From assembly GCA_963707915.1 (NCBI GenBank), contig OY970178.1, positions 2,304,001 through 2,368,000 on the forward strand: a stretch of 64,000 bases of DNA, written 5' to 3'. Positions 57,647 to 64,000 of the stretch are shown piece after piece (positions within the stretch are counted from its first letter, which is position 1; each line of letters begins with the position of its first letter). The stretch is from Candidatus Eiseniibacteriota bacterium (GTDB taxonomy: Bacteria; Eisenbacteria; RBG-16-71-46). The notes beneath the pieces were generated by a model, which was not told where the DNA came from, searched no databases, and was given only the letters and a program-made list of their open reading frames with translations. The position numbers were made by a program, and so were the translations under genes.

Positions 57647-58735
57647 ATGCCCGTGACGAAGCCCCACCCCTGGGATCGTCCCGCCCCCGAGCGGGCCGGA
57701 AGGCCATCGGCCTACGCGTTGCTGCCCGAGGACTTCACGGCCCTGGGCGCGCCGGGGCGGGCCGAACACCTCTTCCTCCAGTGCCAGCATCCCTGGGCCT
57801 GGGTGGAAGGCCGGCCCCGGCTGAGCCGGGAGATCCGGGAGTGGATGGCCCTGAACGTGGACCTGGCGCTGCCGACGATCCTGGAGCGCCACGTCTCGGA
57901 GGATGGCAGCACCCGGCTGGTGCTGGGCCTCACGGACGGCGAGCGCATCGAGACCGTGCTCATGCCCCGCGAGTTCCGCGATCCACGCGTGTCCCTTTGC
58001 CTCAGCAGCCAGGTGGGCTGTGCCATGGGTTGCACCTTCTGCGCCACCGGCGCCATGGGGATCAAGCGCAACCTGACCGCCGGGGAGATCGTGGGGCAGG
58101 TCCTGGCCCTGCTGCGGGAGCGGGGACGCGGGAAGCCCCACCAGATCGCGCTGGTCTTCATGGGCATGGGCGAACCGCTTCACAACCTGGCGCACGTGCA
58201 TCGGGCCATCCGGGTCTTCAACCATGCGCAGGGCCTCAACATCAGCACCCGGCGAATCACCGTCTCCACCTCGGGCCTGGTCAGCGGCATCGAGCGGCTG
58301 GCGAAGCTCTCGCCCCGGCCCTGGCTCGCCCTGTCCCTCAACGCCACCACCGACACGGCCCGCAGCGCGGTGATGCCGGTCAACCGGGTGTGGAACCTGG
58401 CGCGCCTGCGCCAGGCGCTGGAGGCCTGGCCCCTGAGTGCCAGGGAGCGGCTCACCCTCGAGTACGTGCTGATGGCGGGCGTCAACGACACGCCGCAGGA
58501 CGCCGACCGTCTCGCCGAGTGGATGGGCAGCCTGCGCAGGCATCACAACCTCAACCTCATCCGCATGAACGAGCACGCCGGATCGGCCTTCAAGGAGCCC
58601 GGGGAGGACCGGCTGGATGCCTTCGTGGGCCGCTTGAAGGCGCGGGGCTGCTTCGTCACCGTCCGCAGGAGCCGCGGACGAGACGTGCAAGGGGCCTGCG
58701 GCCAGCTGACCCGGGGAGGACACGGCCGGCGCTGA
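57647..58735 (+). CDS. rlmN: RlmN-family radical SAM RNA methyltransferase
   Basis: IETVLM, CLSSQVGCAMGCTFCATG, RNLTAGEI, FMGMGEP, ITVSTSG, EYVLM, GACGQL. Confidence 0.85.
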   Translation: MPVTKPHPWDRPAPERAGRPSAYALLPEDFTALGAPGRAEHLFLQCQHPWAWVEGRPRLSREIREWMALNVDLALPTILERHVSEDGSTRLVLGLTDGERIETVLMPREFRDPRVSLCLSSQVGCAMGCTFCATGAMGIKRNLTAGEIVGQVLALLRERGRGKPHQIALVFMGMGEPLHNLAHVHRAIRVFNHAQGLNISTRRITVSTSGLVSGIERLAKLSPRPWLALSLNATTDTARSAVMPVNRVWNLARLRQALEAWPLSARERLTLEYVLMAGVNDTPQDADRLAEWMGSLRRHHNLNLIRMNEHAGSAFKEPGEDRLDAFVGRLKARGCFVTVRRSRGRDVQGACGQLTRGGHGRR

Positions 58736-58924
58736 GGCCCGTCACCGGGCCCGCGGGGCGGCGTCGCGTCCGGGCGGCCCACGAGCTGCGCGTCCACTTC
58801 GTTGGCGCCACCGACAACTCCGTAAGCGGTTGTGATGGAACACATTATATACTTGACTCGCCGATCCCGCACGACGTATTCGTATCCCCGCCCGGCCCCG
58901 GGGCGAGGAGGGGAGGTGAGGAGG

Positions 58925-59293
58925 ATGAGGCAGAGCCGGAAGGTTCTCGCACTGTGTGCGGCGCTCGCCCTGGTCGCCGTCACCGCTGCGGCGCTCCCCG
59001 CGCTCGCGGCACGCAAGCCCGAGGCGTCGGCCACGAGCGCTTCGGCCAAGGCGAAGCAGACGACCCGGCAGTTCACCGGGGTCGTGACCGCCCTGGACAA
59101 GACCAGTCTCACGGTCGAGAAGGGTGGCAAGAAGCCCAGCACGATGGTGTTCACCAGGCACGCCGAGATGCGCATGGTCGGCGACCTGGAGAAGGACGCC
59201 CGCGTGACGGTCTACTACCGCGCGGAAGGCCGCGAGGCCGTCGCCACGCGGGTCGTCGTGAAGCCCGCGAAGGACGACGCGAGCGAGCGCTGA
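58925..59293 (+). CDS. small secreted protein, OB-fold-like (DUF5666/CusF-like)
   Basis: GGAGG RBS; signal peptide; FTGVVTALD..SLTV...L...RVTVYY...ATRVVV. Confidence 0.7.
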   Translation: MRQSRKVLALCAALALVAVTAAALPALAARKPEASATSASAKAKQTTRQFTGVVTALDKTSLTVEKGGKKPSTMVFTRHAEMRMVGDLEKDARVTVYYRAEGREAVATRVVVKPAKDDASER

Positions 59294-59352
59294 GGAAGTC
59301 CCGGACCGGGCGGGCTCCCGCGCCCGGCCCCGGGCCGCGGACGCCCGGCCAC

Positions 59353-61440
59353 CTACGCGGCCAGCGCCGGGCGGTCGGTGTCGATGACCTCGCGGACCTT
59401 GTGCGCGAGCACCTCGGGAGCGAAGGGCTTCTGCAGGAACCAGGTCCCCGCCCCGAGCAGTCCCTCGCCCACGAAGGCGTCGTTGGCGTAGCCGGACACG
59501 TAGAGCACCCGCGTCCCGGGGCGGCGGCGCACGAACTCCAGCGCCAGTTCCCGGCCGCTGCGGCCCGGCATCACCACGTCGGTGACGAGCAGGGCGATGG
59601 GCTCCCCGCAGCGCTCCTCGACCGCCAGCGCCTCGTGCGCGTCACCCGCCACCAGCACGCGGTACCCGTGCCCGGCGAGCACTTCCGCCTCGAGCGAGCG
59701 CACCGCCGGCTCATCCTCCACGACGAGCACGGTCTCCTGGCCCGATGCGGCGGGCACCGACTCGACCGCCTCCTCGCCGGCGGCGGCGGCCGGCTCGACG
59801 CGCGGCAGGTAGATGCGGAAGGTCGCGCCCCGACCCGGTTCGCTCTCCACCTGGATCGCGCCGGCGCTCTGCTGGACGATCCCGTACACGGTCGCGAGCC
59901 CCAGCCCGGTCCCCTTGCCGACTTCCTTGGTCGTGAAGAAGGGCTCGAAGATGCGCACCCGGGTCGCGGCGTCCATGCCGCAACCGGTGTCGCCGACCGC
60001 CAGCATCACGTGCGGACCCGAGCGCAGCGCCGTGTCGATCCCCCGCGCGGCCGCGTCCAGCTCGACGTCGGCCAGCGCGATGGTGAGCGTGCCGCCGCCC
60101 GGCATGGCGTCGCGCGCGTTGATCGCCAGGTTCATGACCACCTGTTCGACCTGGCCGGGGTCGGCCTTGACCCGGCCGAGCCGGGGCGCGCGCGGCGCGA
60201 CGAGGCGGATGTGCTCGCCCAGCAGGTGGGAGAGCATCGGCACCATGCCCTGCACCACCTCGTCCAGGTCCAGCACCCGGGACTCGATCGGCTGCTTGCG
60301 GCTGAACGCCAGCAACTGGCGCGTGAGCGCGGCGGCGCGCGCGGCGGCCCGGTGGATCTCCTGGACCCGGTGCAGGTCCGCGACCCGGTCGGTGAGCGAC
60401 CGGGACAGCAACTCGCAGTAGCCGGTGATGACGGTGAGCAGGTTGTTGAAGTCGTGCGCCACGCCGCCCGCGAGCTGGCCGACGGCCTCCATGCGCTGGG
60501 TCTGCCGGTACTGCTCCTCGAGGCGACGGCGCTCGGTGACGTCGTTCGCAAGCACCATGACCGCGGGCCGGCCGTAGAACGTCAGCGGGTTCCCCAGTGT
60601 CTCGACGTCGATGAGCGCCCCGCCCTTCGTGCAGTGCCGGAACACGCCCGGCCGCAGGGGGGCGTCCGCCAGCCGGCGCATCACTTCGAGCAGCGCCGGC
60701 ACCTCCTCGGGGGGACGGATGTCCGCCGCGGTCATGGCGAGGAACTCCTCGCGCGACCAGCCGTAGTGGTCCACGGCGGCCTGGTTGACCGCCAGGAACG
60801 CGAGCGTCTCGCGGTCGAACACCCACATCGGCTGCGGGTTCGCGTCGAAGAGCAGCCGGTAGTGCTGTTCCGAGCGGCGCAGGGCGTCCTCCGCCCGCCG
60901 CAGGCCGGTGACGTCACGGATGATGCACAGCGCGCGGTCACCCGACAGCCGCACCACGCGCCCGTCGCGATGCAGCTCTTCCCCGCCGAACGTGATCGTG
61001 TACTCGAGGTGCTCCGCGGCCGAGCCGCTCTGGATGCGCGCGAAGGCCCGGCCGAGCCCCGCTCCCGCCTCCCCGGGGATGGCGTCCTGGAGGAGCCGCC
61101 CCTCCATCTCGCGCGGATCGAAGGTCGTCATCCCGTCCGGGCCCGCGGGCGGGCGGTAGGAGAGGATGCGGCCCTCCGCGTCGAGGATGACGAACAGGTC
61201 CGGCAGCGCCTGCAGGGTGCCGCGCAGCTCGGCATTCGCGCGCAGCAGTTCGTCGGAGGAGAGCTCGAGCGAGCGCTCGAGCGTCGCGCGGCCGGTCTCG
61301 AAGCGCCGGTACGACTCGTCGACCACCTCGAGCAGGCGCTCCAGCCCCGGGGGAGGCTCGCCCCCGGGGAACAGGGCGAGCAGTTGCCTCCGCAGGAGGG
61401 GGGAGGTCACGGACACCGGGCGGGGCGATGGCGCGGACAT
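59353..61440 (-). CDS. hybrid sensor histidine kinase (coiled-coil, 2 PAS, HisKA, HATPase, REC)
   Basis: [62 protein letters not shown]. Confidence 0.95.
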   Translation of the reverse strand: MSAPSPRPVSVTSPLLRRQLLALFPGGEPPPGLERLLEVVDESYRRFETGRATLERSLELSSDELLRANAELRGTLQALPDLFVILDAEGRILSYRPPAGPDGMTTFDPREMEGRLLQDAIPGEAGAGLGRAFARIQSGSAAEHLEYTITFGGEELHRDGRVVRLSGDRALCIIRDVTGLRRAEDALRRSEQHYRLLFDANPQPMWVFDRETLAFLAVNQAAVDHYGWSREEFLAMTAADIRPPEEVPALLEVMRRLADAPLRPGVFRHCTKGGALIDVETLGNPLTFYGRPAVMVLANDVTERRRLEEQYRQTQRMEAVGQLAGGVAHDFNNLLTVITGYCELLSRSLTDRVADLHRVQEIHRAAARAAALTRQLLAFSRKQPIESRVLDLDEVVQGMVPMLSHLLGEHIRLVAPRAPRLGRVKADPGQVEQVVMNLAINARDAMPGGGTLTIALADVELDAAARGIDTALRSGPHVMLAVGDTGCGMDAATRVRIFEPFFTTKEVGKGTGLGLATVYGIVQQSAGAIQVESEPGRGATFRIYLPRVEPAAAAGEEAVESVPAASGQETVLVVEDEPAVRSLEAEVLAGHGYRVLVAGDAHEALAVEERCGEPIALLVTDVVMPGRSGRELALEFVRRRPGTRVLYVSGYANDAFVGEGLLGAGTWFLQKPFAPEVLAHKVREVIDTDRPALAA

Positions 61441-61598
61441 GGTCCGGGGAGTTTCGGCAGCAACCGCGGCGCACTTGAGGGCCACCCGGTCGACCGCGGG
61501 ACCGGCCGCCCCCCGGGGCCCCGCGCACGGTGCCGCGCGGGCGCGGGGCAGGCGTGCCCGGCCCGCGGTCCGGCCGGGGCGGCGCCGCGGCGCCGGGA

Positions 61599-62624
61599 CT
61601 ACCTCGTCGTCGTGATCGTGACGCGCACGCTCATGCCCGGACGCAGCGGACGCACGGCGTCGTTGGGCTCGTCGAGCCCGATGCGCACCGGGATGCGCTG
61701 GACCACCTTGGTGAAGTTGCCCGTGGCGTTGTCGGGCGGCAGCAGCGAGAACTTCGCGCCGGTCGCCGGGCTCAGGCTCTCGACGTGTCCGCGGATCCTC
61801 CTCCCCGGGTACGAGTCCACCGTGATCTCGACCCGGTCGCCCGGCAGGACGTTCCGCACCGTGGTCTCCTTGAGGTTGGCGATCACCCAGACGTCGCGCA
61901 GCGGCACCACGCTGAGCAGCGGCTGCCCGGCCTGCACGTACTGGCCGACCTCGACCGACTTCCGCGTCACCACGCCCGACTCCGGCGCGGCGACGCTCGT
62001 GTAGGAGAGCACCAGCGCGGCCTGGTCGCGCGCCGCCCGGGCCGCCGCCACCCGGCTCTCGGCGCCGCGCAGCCCGGCGCTCGCGGCCAGCACCTGCTGC
62101 GTGGCGGCCTGCACCTGGGCCTCCGACGCGGTGGCCGCGGCCTCGGCGGCGTCGAGTTGCTGGCGGCTGATGATGCCGCGCTCGGTGAGCGAGCGGTAGC
62201 GCTCGAGGTCGCTCGCGGCCCGGCGCGCGTTGGCCCGGGCCTGCTCGACCGCCGCGCGCGCGGCCTGCAGCTGCGCCGAGGCCTGGCCGGGCTCGCCCCG
62301 GGCGCCGCCCACCGCGATCGCGGAAGCGAGGTCCGCCTCGGTCTGGGCGAGACGCGCGCGGACGTCCCGGTCGTCGATCCGGACCAGCACCTGGCCCGCG
62401 CTCACCGCATGATTGTCATCCACCTCGACCGCCGCGACGTAGCCCGCCACGCGCGACAGGACCGGGATGACGTGTCCCTCGACCTGCGCGTTATCGTCGC
62501 CGATGTGCGTGCGCGCCCAGGCCCAGCGTTGCGCCACCAGCGCCGCGGCGGCCAGGACCACCAGGGCGAGCACGACCAGCACGGTGCGCCGGCGCGCCGA
62601 TCCCGCGGACGGGGGCGCGCTCAT
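61599..62624 (-). CDS. HlyD/EmrA family efflux periplasmic adaptor
   Basis: DDNAQVEG, SRVAGYV, WVIANLKET, PATGAKFSLLPPDNATGNFTKVVQRIPVRI. Confidence 0.95.
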   Translation of the reverse strand: MSAPPSAGSARRRTVLVVLALVVLAAAALVAQRWAWARTHIGDDNAQVEGHVIPVLSRVAGYVAAVEVDDNHAVSAGQVLVRIDDRDVRARLAQTEADLASAIAVGGARGEPGQASAQLQAARAAVEQARANARRAASDLERYRSLTERGIISRQQLDAAEAAATASEAQVQAATQQVLAASAGLRGAESRVAAARAARDQAALVLSYTSVAAPESGVVTRKSVEVGQYVQAGQPLLSVVPLRDVWVIANLKETTVRNVLPGDRVEITVDSYPGRRIRGHVESLSPATGAKFSLLPPDNATGNFTKVVQRIPVRIGLDEPNDAVRPLRPGMSVRVTITTTR

Positions 62625-63991
62625 CGGACCGTCCTCGCCACGCCCGCCGCGCGGGCCAGTGCGATGCGCGCCGCGGCCGTCACGCTGCGCGCGTCGATGA
62701 GCGCGTCGCGCCCGCGCAACAGCGAGGACTGCGCGTTGATCACCTCGATGTTCCCCGCCACGCCGCTGGCGAAGCGTTCGCGCGCCTGCGCCAGCTCCTC
62801 CTCCGCGAGCCTCAGCCGTTCCATCGCCACGCTCTCCTGTTCGAGCCCCGAAGAGACCTCCAGCGCGGCACCGAGCACCTCCCCCGCGACCTGCTGGCGG
62901 AGGTCGCGCTCGCGCACCTCCGATTCGCGCGCCACGGCGCGCTGTTCGGCGGCGCGGCCCTCGCGGCGCAGCCCGTCGAAGATCGGCATCGAGGCCGACA
63001 GCGTGACCGTGCGCGTGGTCAGCGCGTCGGAGGAGTGCGCCCCGCTGAGACCGTAGTCCGCGTTGAAATCGATGCGCGGCAGCCGCTCGGCCTGGATGGC
63101 GCGCTGCTCGGCCCCGGCGCGGGCGACCCGCGAGCGCTCCGCGGCCAGCTCGGGGCGCTGCGCCAGCGCCATCTCGATCGCCGCCCCGGTCTCCTCCGGC
63201 GCCGACGACGCGCCGAGGACGGTCGAGAGCGTGTCGGTGAGCGCGAACCGGGTCGCCGGGTCGAAGCCCAGCGTCCGCGCCAGGTCGATGGTGGAGCGCA
63301 CGGCCTGGTTCTGCGCCACCAGCAGCGCCCCGCGCGCGGCCGCCTCCTGGGTGCGCGCCCGGATCACGTCGATGCGGGCCGCGGTGCCCGCCCGCACCTG
63401 GTCCTCGGCCAGCGACGCGAGCTGCCGCGCGAGATCGAGATCGGCGCTGCGCGCCGACACCACCGCGGCCGCGCGCGCGGCCCGCACGTAGGCCAGCGCG
63501 ACCGCCTGCGCGGCGGTCTCGGCGCTGCCGCCCGCCTCCGCGCGGCTCACGCCCACGGCGAGCCCGGCCGAACGCAGCCGCAGCCACGAGGCCGCGTCGA
63601 ACAACGGCTGGGAGGCCCGCAGGCGCGCGTCCACCTGGTCCACCGGACCGATCAGGTCCGGGAACGAGAGGCCCGGGAGGCTCGGGAAGACGATGCCCGT
63701 CGCCTTCAGCGAGTAGGTGCGTTCCAACGAGAACGCCGAGCCCGAGATCACCGGCAGCAGCGCCGCGCGCGCCTGGCCACGGCGGGCCTCGGCCTCGGTC
63801 AGCCGCAGCGCAGCCACCTGCACCGACGGCGCCCCGCTCGAGGCGATCGAGACGGCCTGCCCCAGCGACATCCCGGCGGTCGCGCCGCCCGGCGCCCCGG
63901 GCGCCACGGCGGCCGGCGCGTCCGCGGCGCGGACCGGCGACGCGAACGCGCCGGCCAGCAGGACGAGGACCGTGAACATGGTGCTGTGCAT
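62621..63991 (-). CDS. TolC family outer-membrane efflux protein
   Basis: Signal peptide; ARAALLP, QPLFD, ALAQRPEL, ERLPRIDF, MPIFDG, ERFASG; ATGA overlap with the adaptor. Confidence 0.93.
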   Translation of the reverse strand: MHSTMFTVLVLLAGAFASPVRAADAPAAVAPGAPGGATAGMSLGQAVSIASSGAPSVQVAALRLTEAEARRGQARAALLPVISGSAFSLERTYSLKATGIVFPSLPGLSFPDLIGPVDQVDARLRASQPLFDAASWLRLRSAGLAVGVSRAEAGGSAETAAQAVALAYVRAARAAAVVSARSADLDLARQLASLAEDQVRAGTAARIDVIRARTQEAAARGALLVAQNQAVRSTIDLARTLGFDPATRFALTDTLSTVLGASSAPEETGAAIEMALAQRPELAAERSRVARAGAEQRAIQAERLPRIDFNADYGLSGAHSSDALTTRTVTLSASMPIFDGLRREGRAAEQRAVARESEVRERDLRQQVAGEVLGAALEVSSGLEQESVAMERLRLAEEELAQARERFASGVAGNIEVINAQSSLLRGRDALIDARSVTAAARIALARAAGVARTVR

Positions 63992-64000
63992 CTTCGGGGC

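Noticed and set aside
57647..58735. Cfr antibiotic-resistance methyltransferase
   Set aside because: The motifs (SQVGC, MGMGEP) are RlmN-type.
1..64000. tRNA, rRNA, prophage, integrase or recognisable defence-system genes
   Set aside because: None were recognised by eye; tRNAscan-SE, Infernal and DefenseFinder would be needed to exclude them formally.

Overview
High-GC chromosomal window, densely coding, with about 55 credible CDSs; most other ORFs in the six-frame track are GC shadow frames. A secreted Kelch protein with a 'DVAGRR...GVYFLRL' C-terminal Ig-like domain suggests an FCB-affiliated candidate phylum such as Ca. Eisenbacteria (inference only). Content: housekeeping and metabolism (queG, moaDE, tnaA, ispH, cysKE, bioY, lactate permease, rlmN-like, photolyase), a redox cluster (bcp, Fe/Mn SOD, AhpD-like), arsR-arsM, a peptidase cluster (tricorn S41, M61, ABC-permease/M1 fusion), several signalling genes, TolC/EmrA efflux genes and one intact IS256 element with an 8-bp target duplication. 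No CRISPR array, tRNA or rRNA was seen. The most interesting observations are: (i) a coupled HEAT-repeat/HD-GYP pair sharing an unnamed N-terminal domain; (ii) two separate sigma54-activator-like regulators that have lost the AAA+ motor, one with a 4-Cys GAF domain, a 35-bp double-palindrome operator and a linked RlmN-like gene; (iii) an orphan CheW with an inserted CZB domain; (iv) a ligand-deficient LigB-like protein with a 21 x 9-aa Arg-Pro-Gly tail; (v) a ~180-nt rod-like candidate ncRNA; (vi) a secreted protein with a C2H2-like zinc-finger pattern. All calls come from motif recognition by eye; no database searches were run.
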